From NCBI RefSeq assembly GCF_006345805.1, contig NW_021832403.1, forward strand, positions 1 through 61,150: DNA of 61,150 nucleotides. Direction: 5' to 3'. The notes beneath the pieces were generated by a model. It was not told the DNA's origin. It saw only the letters and a program-made list of their open reading frames with translations, and searched no databases. Below are positions 1-12,645 of this stretch, piece by piece. A program made the position numbers and the translations under genes. Source of the stretch: Octopus sinensis. Its lineage: Eukaryota. Position 1 is the stretch's first letter; each line of letters starts with the position of its first letter.

Positions 1-929
1 TATATCATAGATATTTTGATGGCTAGACATATTTAAATATACATACATGTATAACACATTTATACACAAGCACACAAACACCATTGTATATACAACACAG
101 GAAAACATATATACACATACCTGTATACATGTGTGTACGTACACACACTCATATACACAAACATATATACATATAATATATATCTATATACATTTTGGGT
201 GGTGCCCCAGCAAGGCCACAGTTCCTGGTTGAAACCAGTCCAAGTATATATATATATATATATATACTCTTTTACTTGATTCAGTCATTTGACTGCGGCC
301 ATGCTGGAGCACCGCCTTTAGTCGAGCAAATCGACCCCAGTACTTATTCTATCGGTCTCTTTTGCCGAACCGCTAAGTGCCGGAGACTTATATATATATC
401 TATAAACATAGCAAAGACCCAAAGAATTCTGAGGAAATAAGAGGCAGAGCATCCAATGGCAGCCAATGTGTGTCATACCCAGGTGGAGATTTACCGGTCG
501 TCTTTGTCAAGTTTCTGGGGGACTTAACTACGTTAACACAGTCCATTTTAAGCTGACAGACCTTTCAATATTTTGGGGTCTGTTGGAAAACTCATTTAAA
601 TAAAAGGGTTCCTTGGTAGTGAAAAGGTTGGGAACCACTGCCCTGGAGGGACTAGGGTTCCATCCCAGAGGCAAAGAATTTATACTACACTGCCAAAATA
701 CTTCACCCTCCCTAGGTCCATTGAAGCGAGAGAGAGAGAAAGAGAGCTCAGAGTCTGTGTATACCTCAGATAGATCGGTCTCCTATCGAGAGACAGAAAA
801 ACTATATAAGGCCTCCCCTACAGAAAAGTTGTCTTTACGACAATTTGTGTGCATCTGTGTGAATGTTCATTTACTCGTTTCAGCCGTATGGTTGCAGTCA
901 TGCTGCAGCACCACCATGGTCTTTCTGAT

Positions 930-1290
930 TTCCCCACTCTGGGCAGTTTTGTATCACCACACCCGTCTGTGCCTTGGTTCCAGCTGTTGGCCCATTTGGT
1001 GGATAAGGGAGTTGGATTCTGCTGCCCTCGTCTGCATCTCACGTCGGTTTATCCAGTGTTGTGGAGTTCCCTTTTGAAAACATTTTCCACTTCACGCAGC
1101 ATTTCTTAATTTTCGTGTCAGGGTATTGAAGAACTGTGCCCTTTGACCCCTAGACTATTATTGCAGTACCTGGTCCTGAATTTAGATATAGTGGTTGCTG
1201 CCTTTGCTACAATACAATGACAGCCAGTTCTGGCATTTGTATAGCACTCAATACCAAAATTAGGTGCCAGCCCTTGTAGGATTTTCCATA
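930..1290 (-). mobile_element. decayed CR1/L2-like LINE 3' ORF fragment
   Basis: Minus strand translates to ILQGLAPNFGIECYTNARTGCHCIV...KFRTRYCNNSLGVKG...RREMQTRAAESNS, which I recognise as a typical post-RT C-terminus. Stops and frameshifts present. Confidence 0.6.
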
Positions 1291-1653
1291 GGTACATTAT
1301 TGCATATCTCTCACGACTTTGCTCCAGAAAGTAAAAGTTGCAGTTTTCTCAGCCTCTCCCTCTGTAGCTCATCTCCTGCACTGCTTCAATCTCTCAGTCT
1401 CTGTATATATATATATATTGACTTTTGTGAAATGACACATTTATTTATATATATATATATATATTATATATATATATATTTACACTTTATAAGGATATTT
1501 ACACTCTCTAAGATGTTTGGAAAAGCTATATGAAATTTAGCTGAAGAATACTTGACATTATATTTGCTGTAACATTTGCAGCTTTAAATAAAATGTTTAT
1601 AGTATGAAACAATTGTACTAAACTACTGATCCATTCTTGTTGCTTATTTTTTG

Positions 1654-1689
<36 letters not shown>

Positions 1690-1739
1690 ATGTGCCAAAG
1701 CTGACCAAATTGTTATGGATGCAATGCTGCAAAGCCTGA

Positions 1740-1985
1740 TGGTTAGGACACTTCACTCATAATCACACGATTGTAGTTTCAATTTGCAGACTGGACGTTG
1801 CTCTGTGTTCTTGTGTAAAAGACTTCATTTCATGTCAGTCCAGTCTGCTCAGCTGCAAATGGGTCACCCCTGTGACAGGCTGACATCCCATTCAAGGGGA
1901 ATGCTGGTCTGCCTGCCAAGCCAGCAGAAGCGCATTGTGACCAGCAGTATGTAACACCTGACAGTCTGGTTGCTTCAGTGATACA
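1740..1985 (+). mobile_element. old tRNA-headed SINE carrying part of the family C tail-1
   Basis: Degenerate head (tggttagg...gtttcaat), gttcttg core, then gaagcgcattgtgaccagc shared with family C tail-1. Confidence 0.45.
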
Positions 1986-2630
1986 CACACAGGTACTTAC
2001 ACCTATGTCACATCAAGGGCCAACCCCAGAGGGAGATCTAGGGTTTAGAATAGATTTCCCACTTTCCTATCTCCAGTATCCTATCAACACTTGATGACTT
2101 CAATGTTGTGAGTTCGATGTTACTGTGCCTAGCCATTTTCTGGCACCCTACAGGTTGATGTGCCTAGATATAAGCATACACACACATATATAAACAATGC
2201 ATTTTCCCATTTGGAGTCAATACAGAATTACCGATAGTATTTATGGAATTTTGATTTATTGTCGGGTGACTTTTGGCCAGCCGTGTATCTGTCCCCTCGG
2301 GTGATTCCAAGTAACTGGAGACCTTTTGAAATCATCTGAAGACACACATCTACACCAAGGGATACGCCTGAAGCAGATGGTCAGAATCCCACTTGTGAAG
2401 GGACAGTGCTAGAGGGGCCGAAACAATCACAGTGATGAATAAAGCTTCTTCCATCTTCCGTCTTCCATCTCTCTCTCATTAATCATAGACACATCATCAG
2501 GATCTTCACTAACTAACATATGCCTACCATGCCACAACAGACAAAGTCTGGGCAGCTTCATGTCAAACCATCCAATCCCCCCATGCCAGTAGGAAGAAGA
2601 CGATGATACATATATATATAAATATATATA

Positions 2631-2731
<101 letters not shown>

Positions 2732-2850
2732 CACCACACACATATATATATATACACATATATATATACACCATATATATATATATATACACATATATAT
2801 ATATACACACATATATATATATATAAATATATATATACACACACATATAT

Positions 2851-3227
2851 AGGTGAAGCATGGGTGTGTGGTAAGCTTGCTTCCCAACCACATGGTTGAA
2901 GGTTCAGTCCCACTGCATGGCACCTTGGGCAAGTGTCTTCTACTAAAGCCTCAAGCCAACCAAAGCCTTGTGAGGGGATTTGGTAGACGGAAACTGAAAG
3001 AAGCCCGTCGTATATATATGTGTGTGTGTGTGTTTGTACCCCTACTGTTGCTTGACAACCGATGTTGGTGTCTTTATGTCCCTGTAACTTAGCAGCTCAG
3101 TAAAAGAGACCGATAGAATAAGTGCTACGCTTACAAAGAATAAGTCCTGGGGTCGATTTGTTAGACCAAACATGATGCTCCATCATGGCCACAGTCAAAC
3201 GACTGAAACAAATAAGAGAAGAAAAGT
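2851..3227 (+). mobile_element. SINE family A copy
   Basis: tRNA-like head (gtgtggtaag...gttcagtccc), ggcaccttgggcaagtgtc core, internal TA/TG microsatellite, aaagag tail. Confidence 0.85.
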
Positions 3228-4210
3228 ATACATACATACACATATACATAGGTAACACTACAGATATCCATCGGTGACCCTCCATCCTGACTGATGGCTT
3301 CTTGTAATCCCTGTTAAAATAGATTAATGCACTTTTTTTATATACAAAGAAAAGTTTCCATTGTATTTTCAGGGAGGTTTTTGCTAACAACAGAAACACC
3401 AACCCATCCATGACCATGCCATCGACTGACCATCACTCTCCCCCACCCCACCCCACAATTTCTTCTTCATTTCAGAGATATAAAGGCAATGCATAATTAA
3501 CCGAGACCCCCCCTCCTCCTCTCCGCTACGCACACGTCCCATAATCCCTCTGGTTATTCGACATGCAACCCCCCACTTCCCACCCACCCACCCACCCCCT
3601 CCACTACACGAACACCTTTGCGTTTCCCCCACCCCCCACCGCATATCTCATGATGCTTCAGGTGTCCCACAGCAGACGACCACCACAAAATAGGATTCAA
3701 AACTATAAACAACCAAACAACATCACATGAATGGAACCCCCCCCCCAAAAAAAAAACAGATACACAGCAAAGGATGTTGTCTGCAGTTGAGCAGGAAGTG
3801 GAGGGGGTGGGGATGCCCCACATTAAAGTCTTCAGCAAGTCTTTCATTCCTTCCAAGACAGTTCTTCATTATAACAGCTTGGTTGGTTGGACTGCTTCAT
3901 TTTTAAACAAATCTATTATATACATACATACATACATACACGCACGCATACATACATACATATACATGTATGTATAAGTTTTTAAAAGGAAAATGTTGAC
4001 AGTAACTTTGAAGTTTTCGCTTGCTTACTAACAACAGACAGAAGGGAAATAAGGCAAAAACTTCGAGGTCCCTGTTAACTTTTTCCTGGAAAAGTACTTT
4101 AAATAAGTATTGAGTAATTAATCAGGGTAATTAACGAACATAAAAATATATAGATAGATATACACACACACACATATATATGCATATACATATATACAGA
4201 TATTATATAT

Positions 4211-4488
4211 ATATTGTTGTATCTAGGAATGGTCATTTTGCCAGTTTAGCCAATAAAAACACATGCACTATATATTTGGTGTTATTTATTTTTTACATTA
4301 ATCTTAATCTTATTTCGGCCAGAGTTCTTTCGTCACACTCCTGTGACCTCATCAGTGGTCCTTTGTTTTCTTCTTTCTTATTTGTGTGTCTCTCCTTACT
4401 AACAGTCAGCCATTTCGTATCAAAAATATAATGCGCGTTTTTTTGTTGGCTAAACTGGCAAAATGACCATTCCGAAATACAACAATAT
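4211..4488. mobile_element. MITE-like element with about 50-bp terminal inverted repeats
   Basis: atattgttgtat..ggaatggtcattttgccagtttagccaa (4211-4260) is inverted at 4437-4488. Confidence 0.7.
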
Positions 4489-4525
4489 CTGTTTCAACAT
4501 ACGATTTCACATAAAAATATCTTGC

Positions 4526-4570
<45 letters not shown>

Positions 4571-4670
4571 AATTGTGTATATACACACATATAGAAAGAC
4601 ACACATGCCAGGCACACATGTATAGACATATATCAATGATCTTCAAATATATATATATATAGATATATAT

Positions 4671-4966
4671 GGAGGCGCAATAGCCCAGTGGTTAGGGCAG
4701 CGGACTCACGGTCGTAGGATCGCGGTTTCGATTCCCAGACCAGGCGTTGTGAGTGCTTATTGAGCGAAAACACCTAAAAAAACTCCACGAGGCTCCGGCA
4801 GGGGGTGGTGATCTCTGCTGTACTCTTTCACCACTCTTTCTTCTGTTGGCCTGCTCATTTAGCCAGCGGGGTGGCGTCATTCGAAGGCTAAAACAATGCG
4901 AAGTGCATTGTGACCAGCGATGTGTAGCAACATCTGATGGTCTGGTTGGTCACGTGATCACGTGAT
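4671..4966 (+). mobile_element. SINE family C, tail-1 type
   Basis: ggaggcgcaatagcccagtggttagggc...gtttcgattccc tRNA head, ends cacgtgatcacgtgat followed by (TA)n. Confidence 0.85.
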
Positions 4967-5304
4967 ATATATATATATATGTATATATATACAGACACAC
5001 ATATAATGTCAAAGAATAAAATGACCTCCTAAGGTAAATGGGGGAGGTGAGAGGCAACAAAGATAAAGGTATATTAAATACCAAACAGTAAATTCTTGAT
5101 TTTCTAAAGGGACAATGGCTGGAGGCAACTGCAGCTGAGTCTCCCAAAGTAGGGGACACACGGACAACTGTGAAGGATCTGGGACTGACTTGGCCTGAAA
5201 CATTAAACACTGCTTCTGGACACAAGCAGAAGAATGTGGCTGTGTCGTACTCTCACAAAAGATGTCCTTAGTGTGTGTGTTTGTGTATATGTATACACAC
5301 ACAA

Positions 5305-5336
<32 letters not shown>

Positions 5337-5372
5337 TGCATTTATATTGTGTGCATATATGCGTGTGTATGC

Positions 5373-5416
<44 letters not shown>

Positions 5417-5534
5417 ATACACACACACACATATATACACACACACACACACATGGTATAGCACCTCCCATAATGTTGCATTTCAATGAAGACAACCCAA
5501 CAACAATAATAATAATAAAGACCCTTTTACAGGA

Positions 5535-6300
5535 TGGGGTTTTGTGGATTACATCAACCCCAGTGCGCAACTGGTACTGAATCTATCAACCCTGAAAGGA
5601 TGAAAGGCGAAGTCAACCTCAGCGGAATTTGAACTCACAACATAAGGATGGACAAAATACCAGCAGGCATTTCTGCCCAGTCTATTAAGGATTCTACCAG
5701 CTGACCGTCTTCAGTAATAATAATAATAAACCTTTCTACTAAAGGCAGAAGGCCTCAAATTTGGGGGAAGAGATTAAGTTGATCACATCAACCCCAGTGC
5801 GCAACTGGTACTTAATTTATCGACCCTGAGAGGATGAAAGGCAAAGTCAACCTCAGCGGAATTTGAACTGAGAACGTAACGGCAGACAAAATACCTATTT
5901 CTTTACTACCCACAAGGGGCTAAACACAGAGGGGACAAACAGGACAGACAAAGGGATTAAGTCAATTACATCGACCCCAGTGCGTAACTGGTACTTAATT
6001 TATCGACCCTGAAAGGATGAAAGGCAAAGTCAACCTCAGCGGAATTTGAACTCACAACGTAACGGCAGACAAAATACCTATTTCTTTACTACCCACAAGG
6101 GGCTAAACGCAGAGGGGACAAACAAGGACAGACAAAGGGATTAAGTCGATTACATCGACCCCAGTGCGTAACTGGTACTTATTTAATCGACCCTGAAAGG
6201 ATGAAAGGCAAAGTCAACCTCAGCGGAATTTGAACTCATAATGTAAGGATGAATGCAAGGCCACTAATTATTTGGCCCAATCTGCTAACGATTCCGCTAG
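5535..6300 (-). mobile_element. SINE family D with tandemly repeated body (about 4 units, about 184 bp)
   Basis: ccccagtgcg...aatttgaactc recurs at about 5558, 5792, 5975 and 6159. Confidence 0.8.
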
Positions 6301-6338
6301 ATGACCACCTTTGATGAGGGTAATTATTATCATTCTTT

Positions 6339-6748
6339 CTCTTTTACTTGTTTCAGTCATTTGACTGCGGACATGCTGGAGCACCGCCTTTTAGTCGAGT
6401 AAATCGACCCCGGGACTTATTCTTTGGAAGCCTAGTACTTATGCTATCAGTCTCTTTTGCTGAACCGCTAAGTTACGGGGACGTAAACACACCACCATCG
6501 GTTGTCAAGCAATGGGGGGGGGGGGACAAATACAGACACACAAACATATACACACACACATACATATATATACATATATATATACGACGGGCTTCTTGCA
6601 GTTTCCATCTACCAAATCCACTCACAAGGCTTTGGTCGGCCCGAGGCTATAGTAGAAGACACTTGCCCAAGGTGCCACGCAGTGGGACTGAACCTGGAAC
6701 CATGTGGCTGGTTAGCAAGCTACTTACCACACAGCCACTCCTGTGCCT
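6339..6748 (-). mobile_element. SINE family A copy
   Basis: Full head-core-microsatellite-tail on the minus strand. Confidence 0.9.
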
Positions 6749-7292
6749 TTTAAAGCAATAATAATAATAATAATAATTGGCATTTTCTCATTTTTTTTGC
6801 CAGGGAAATATAAAGAGAAAAAAAAAAAAAAAGGGTTGTAATTTGGTGAATCAGCAAGAAAAATATTGATTAATAAGAATCTATGAAGGTGATAATGGTT
6901 TGTGTGATGGAGGAAGCAGGGTGGGGTGGGGGTGGAGTGAGCAGACAGACGGAAGGGATGCGGGTTCTAGTCGTGACCCATCCTCTCCCTCTTCACCACC
7001 ATGGGGGAGGAAAATGATGTTTGTTGTGTCTGATGATGTTGGTGATGATGATGATGATGATGATGTTTAGACCGGGGCCAGTCCTGATCCAGTAAATCTT
7101 ATGATCAAAGATATTCCAGCCATGACCTCCCCTTGACACAGTCTATCTAAGATTATGTTATCCAATGTGTTTTTGCCTATTTTTTTTTTAAAAAAGATGT
7201 TGGTCGCGGTTGTTATTTCCAGCACATTTAGTGAACACATAGAGGCTTCAGTCATCGTGTATCTAGGAGTAAATAACTGCTTGTGCTCTTCA

Positions 7293-7298
7293 TTTATT
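7293..7298 (-). terminator. candidate polyadenylation signal AATAAA for ZFYVE21
   Basis: AATAAA on the minus strand about 120 nt past the stop. Use not shown; a longer 3'UTR into unique sequence further left is possible. Confidence 0.35.
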
Positions 7299-7419
7299 TC
7301 AGATGATTCAAATGGAATTTGAGGGAGATTTTATCAGTTGTTTCTTGCAGATGAAGGGAACATGACGAGTGATGACAGGAGGGAGGGTCACAGACGGAGT
7401 GGCAGAAGCTGGATCAGTT

Positions 7420-7461
7420 TCATTGGTCCTGATTGCGATTCTCATACAGAAGTCGGAATGC
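7420..7461 (-). CDS. ZFYVE21: ZFYVE21 last coding exon (AFRLLYENRNQDQ*)
   Basis: Long polypyrimidine tract plus ttgcag acceptor, TGA at 7422-7420. Similar to the human C-terminus AAKLLYESRDQ*. Confidence 0.9.
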   Translation of the reverse strand, partial: AFRLLYENRNQDQ

Positions 7462-8084
7462 CTGCAAAGGAGAGGAAAAAAGAAAATAAATGTGTGTGCT
7501 ATTAGGACAGGCATAAGTCTATCTTGGACTACAGTACTGAATGTCTCTTTTCCCTTTATCTTTTACTTGTTCCAATCATTAGACTGTGGTCTGCTGGAGC
7601 ACTGCCTTGAATCAGCCCCAGGACTTCTCTTTTTAAACCTGCTACTTATTCTATCAGTCTCTCTTTTGCGGAACTGTTAAGCTACAGGGACATAAACACA
7701 CCAACACCGGTTGTCAGGTGGTGATGCCACCTGACAACCATAGACACAAAGACATACATATATACACATATATATATTGAGTGAAAATGGTTTACTGAAC
7801 AAGTGGCACTTTGACTTGTTTAAAGTGGTCATTGCTTGTGCTGAACAAAGCAGCCAACTCTGTTGTGTCTGATGATGCAAAATTTGAAAAAGATATCCAA
7901 AAATATATCCAAATAAAGCAAGTGAAGCATTTGGTAGGTTGCGACACAGACTCTGGAACAGCCACGATGTGTCTCTGAAAGTGAAAGTAGAAGTCTACAA
8001 ATCTCTTGTTCTATCTCCTCTTCTGTATGGTGCCGAAACGTGGACCTTGTACCGCAAGCATATCAATCATTGATTCCTTCCATA

Positions 8085-8489
8085 TACTCTTTACTCTCTC
8101 TTTTACTTGTTTCAGTCATTTGACTGCGACCATGCTGGAGCATCGCCTTTAGTCGAGCAAATCGACCCCGGGACTTATTCTTTGTAAGCCCAGTACTTAT
8201 TCTATCGGTCTCTTTTGCCAAACCGCTAAGTGACGGGGACGTAAACACACCAGCATCGGTTGTCAAGCAATGCTAGGGGAACAAACACAAACACATACAC
8301 TTATATATATATATATACATATATACGACGGGCTTCTTTCAGTTTCCGTCAACCAAATCCACTCACAAGGCATTGGTTGACCCGGGGCTATAGCAGAAGA
8401 CACTTGCCCAAGGTGCCACGCAGTGGGACTGAACCCGGAACCATATGGTTGGTAAACAAGCTACTTACCACACAGCCACTCCTGCGCCT
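8085..8489 (-). mobile_element. SINE family A inserted into the RTE
   Basis: Full-length copy interrupting the RTE ORF. Confidence 0.9.
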
Positions 8490-8607
8490 GAGATATGACA
8501 TATGAGATGTCTGCGTTCTATTTGCAATGTTAAATGGCAAGATCGTGTTCGAAATAGTGAGTTACTAGAAAGGTGTGAGATCAGTGGTGTTGAGACATTT
8601 TTGATTA

Positions 8608-9068
8608 GTTAGTTAGTTCATTTTTTGGCTCAAAAAGCAAAAAGCAAGGCCATGTAAGGGGACATGGAGTTATGTACAGGGTGGTGTTCATGTAAAGAGT
8701 TCAGGCCATTTGTGGTCAAGGGAGACTTTGAACCGAGCGGTCGTCGGCATCTTCACCATCTCGTCCGGCAGCTTATTCCACGGATCCGCAACCCGGACGG
8801 AGAAAGCCCCTCTCCTTCAATTGAGATGAAATCGTCACAGATAGAGCTTTTCGGAATGACCCCGCAGCCGACGCTCTGGAGCAAGAGTGAAGAACAGCTC
8901 TTTCGAGAGGTTACACTTTCCGCTTATGATGTTGTGAGCGAGAATGAGATCACCACGGCGGCGGCGTTTTTCTAGAGAATAAAGGTCGAGCGTCTTCAGC
9001 CTTTCTTCATAAGACAAATGCTTGAGACCAAGAACCATGCGGGTAGCCAGCTTCTGGACTCTTTTGAG
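8608..9068 (-). mobile_element. CR1-like LINE 3' fragment with (CTAA)n tail, inserted into the RTE
   Basis: GLKHLSYEERLKTLDLYSLEKRRRRGDLI..RGHSEKL. Flanked by tta (8605-7 and 9069-71); removing it restores RTE ETFLIKIQMRW. Confidence 0.88.
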
Positions 9069-10019
9069 TTAAGATACAAATGCGGTGGTCTGGTCATCTC
9101 ATTAGAATGGATGACTCAAGAGTTCCAAAGCAGCTTTTTTATGGGCAATTGACAAATTCTTCCCGTCCAACAGGGCGTCCTCTTCTTCGTTACAAGGACA
9201 AACTAAACGACAATCTGAAGCGTTGAGACGTTGCTCTGAGCTCCTGGGAGAGTGCAGGAGGGGATCGCAGCTAATGGAGGAAAATGTGTTTTCTAAAGAC
9301 TAGAGAATTTGAAAGTAACCGTCTTCGTCATAGGGACGCCCTTCGTGCAAATTTGAAAGCAACGCATCAGCAAAATCCACCAAACAATGACTGTGTGTGT
9401 CACTGTGGATTCAAAGCACGAAGCAAAGCTGGGTTAGCTGTCCACTCGAGAAAACATTTTGAACCAACGAATGCATGCAGGTATACCATTTGCGAGAAAG
9501 TGTGCAAGACATCTGCTGGATTGAAGGTACACATGTGGTGTCACAAGGCTTAGGAATTGTTGAAGGTTATTTACTGAACCCTTATTCATCATCTTTGATG
9601 AGAGAATCCACCACCATATATATAAATATATATTTATAGACACACACAACAGGCTTCTTTCAGTTTCCATTTACCAATTCCACTCACAAGGTTTTCGTCA
9701 GCTCCAAGGCTATAGTAGAAAACACTTGCCCAAGGTGCCATGCAGTGGGACTGAACCTAGAACCACACGGTTGGGAAGCAAGATTCTTACCACACAGCCA
9801 CACTTGCGCCTAGATAGAGTATAAAATTATAATTTCTTGGAAAAATATTAGACATATTGGGAGAGAGGAAGAGAAATGGAGAGAGAGATATAATAACTGG
9901 GTTCCAGTTGATCGAATCAACGGAACAGCTTGCTTGTGAGATTAACGTTCTCAGTGAGATTCAGCCTAACACAGAATGTGGCAGATAGATAGACAGACAG
10001 ACAGAGACAGGCAGATAGA

Positions 10020-10160
10020 TAGATGGATATATATATATATATATATATATAGATAGACAGACAGACAGAGACAGGCAGATAGATAGATGGATATATATAT
10101 ATATATAGAGAGAGAGAGATAGATAGATGGATATATATATATATATAGATAGATAGATGG

Positions 10161-10249
<89 letters not shown>

Positions 10250-10287
10250 TAGATAGATAGATAGACAGACAGAGACAGGCAGATAGC

Positions 10288-10370
<83 letters not shown>

Positions 10371-10380
10371 GCAGATAGAT
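10020..10380. repeat. compound (TAGA)n/(TA)n/(GA)n microsatellite next to the exon 6 donor
   Basis: Direct reading of the sequence. Confidence 0.95.
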
Positions 10381-10396
10381 TTATTGATGTACAAAC

Positions 10397-10521
10397 CCTT
10401 TGCATAGCACTTATCCAGTTCAATCCCTGCTTATGGGTCGATGATGGGATAACCATTTTGACAAATGTTTGCCCATTTTCTGAGTCATATGTTAACAGCA
10501 GACCCCTCACATTAGTATTTT
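10397..10521 (-). CDS. ZFYVE21: ZFYVE21 exon 6 ([42 protein letters not shown])
   Basis: atttttcag acceptor, weak gtttgt donor, 125 nt, phase 1/0. Similar to human NARATGMFLQY...AVAWLVAMHK. Confidence 0.88.
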
Positions 10522-11184
10522 CTGAAAAATAAATAAATTGATAAAAAAGAGGGACACACACAAAAGGGGCACATCAGAATAAAAAAAAAGGGCATAAACA
10601 ATTCTGTTTATTTCTTTATTTTTTAGGGGGTTGAAGGATTCAGCCCCTGTTCTGTCAGTAACCCTTTCAGGCCTGAACCCCTAACTTTACCCTCTCCCTG
10701 GGCTTCTGAGCAAAAACATGAATAGTTGCATATACAGCTCAGCAATAATTGCAGGAAAACAAATGGGCAAAATCATAAAAACAAATTCAGACTAACACCA
10801 GGACCCTATCTTTTAAGAGTTGGATTCACCCAAATGGCTACTTTCCTCATCATTTTCACCAGTTTGACTGTCTGAATCGCACTCATTGCTAGCCTAAGAG
10901 TAAACTCTTCACCCAAAGACTAAATGTCGTCAATAGTTTCTTCAACTGCAAAGAGTGTAGGGCTTGCTCGTTTACAAGACAAAATGCGGGGTTCATCACA
11001 AAATTGGCTATTTTTGTTCAATTAAAAACAGAAGTAAAGAACAGAAGTAATGGAGGACACCATTAACAATGACCCCTAAACACACTTGAGCACAAAGCTG
11101 AAACATAAGGTGGGGGTCTCAGTTTAGCTTCTTTTTCTATACGTATTGTTCATTAGTGTTTTGCCAGGAGATGATGATGATGCC

Positions 11185-11632
11185 TAACCCTGGAACTGCC
11201 TCTGGCTCTGTAGTACAAATGTCTTGTTTTCAAAAGTCCTGAATTAAAATCTTCCACCAAACCTTAGTCACAATTTATGTTCCTAACACTAGCTTAATGA
11301 TAACGAAGTTGTTTTGCTAAATTCTTTGTTATATTTAAAATTAATTGAAAGAAACACAGAACATCTCAACAGAAATATGGCAACGAAAGGGTTAAAATAT
11401 ATAATAGAGAAACAATTCTTAACCCTTTTGATGCCAACCTGGCTGAAACCACTTCTGGCTCTGTAGTACAAATGTCTTGTTTTCAAAAGTCCTGAATTAA
11501 AATCTTCCACCAAACCTTAGTCACAATTTATGTTCCTAACACTAGCTTAATGATAACGAAGTTGTTTTACTAAATTCTTTGTTATAGTTAAAATTAATTG
11601 AAAGAAACACAGAGCATCTCAACAGAAAAGGG
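11185..11632. mobile_element. dimer of piggyBac-type MITE with eroded outer ends
   Basis: Intact internal junction aaagggTTAA-23bp-TTAAcccttt at about 11386-11428. Body matches the 25.7-26.7 kb array. Confidence 0.8.
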
Positions 11633-11823
11633 TGAGACCATTTTTGCTATAACAGGAGTTACTATGTTGGTATCTAAACATGTGTGCCCTCTGATGGCAT
11701 TTCTTAGTACAACTTGCAGACTGTAGACATTTGCCCTTGTAGAGAGGGTTCCATACATGCCCAACACAATTTACAAATGATAACAAATGTTTGCGTTTAT
11801 CAAGATTTTAGTTTTATAAAGTA

Positions 11824-12191
11824 CTAGCAGTATCGCCCGGCGTTGCTCGGGTTTGTAAGGGAAATAACTATATAAGCATTTTTAGAGATGTAAAGTATAA
11901 TAGTGTTACTGTAGCTTTTTACGTTCTGAGATTTAATAATACATTTTTAGAGAGTTACTTCCCTTATATAAACTGACCGAAAATGCATTAAAAATACGGA
12001 AAAATTATGGTAAATTTTTTTTAAAATTGTAGACTCATCGTAGACACGTGCTAATACCCAGAAGGGCTCGATATGAATCACCACTATAAGATACCCGGTT
12101 TTGGTTAAACTGCACCGCAAAATGTGGGAGTAGTTAGGAATCTAAATCGTAGGAGACAGACAGCACACAACCTCACTTTTATATATAAAGA
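11824..12191 (-). mobile_element. non-autonomous Helitron-like element (family H1)
   Basis: 5' TCtttatatataaa, 3' cccgagcaacgccggg hairpin plus CTAG, sits between A and T, no TSD. Confidence 0.75.
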
Positions 12192-12389
12192 TTTCTTTCT
12201 GAGTGTTCTCGCCGATTCATGAAAGACATTATGATATATCTGTTGTAAATTAAGCTTTAAGGAATGGTGACACCCACCCCTTTCATACCAACCCACCCAA
12301 GATCACTACTGGTCATATGAGACAATTCTTTTGTTTTAAAGTGACTTAAATTAAAAGTCATCAGAGATTTGTTGTTAACTTTTAACTTT

Positions 12390-12645
12390 CTGAGTGGCAA
12401 AATACCTATTTCTTTACTACCCACAAGGGGGAGGGGGTTAAACACAGAGAGGACAAATGGATTAAATCGATTATATCGACACCAGTGCGTAACTGGTACT
12501 TAATTTATCGACCCCCAAAAGGATGAAAGGCAAAGTCGACCTCGGCGGAATTTGAACTCAGACGGTAACGGCAGACGAAATACTGCTAAGCATTTCACCC
12601 AGCGTGCTAACGATTCTGCCAGCTCGCAGCCCTTGAGTGGCAAAA
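12390..12645 (-). mobile_element. SINE family D copy
   Basis: Head ggcgagctggcagaatcgttagcacg plus gagttcaaattccgccgaggtcgac body. Confidence 0.8.

Larger units (their letters stand above)
7860..9553 (+). mobile_element. RTE/BovB-like LINE 3' part, split by two later insertions
   Basis: KASEAFGRLRHRLW...VYKSLVLSPLLYGAETWTLYRKHI | HMRCLRSICNVKWQDRVRNSELL..ETFL | IKIQMRWSGHLIRMDDSRVPKQLFYGQL..GRPLLRYKD, then C-terminal Cys/His motifs. Contains in-frame stops. Confidence 0.85.

Noticed and set aside
7308-7514. Alternative-frame ORF over the last exon (…ETDPASATPSVTLPP…)
   Set aside because: The phase-0 frame after exon 6 gives the conserved LLYE.R.Q* ending; the other frame has no support.
9284-9553. 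Stand-alone zinc-finger gene
   Set aside because: It is in frame with the decayed RTE ORF, which has stops upstream.
10790-11030. Acidic, Ser-rich translation on the minus strand resembling a transposase N-terminus
   Set aside because: Stops and frameshifts, no TIR or diagnostic motif; too weak to call.
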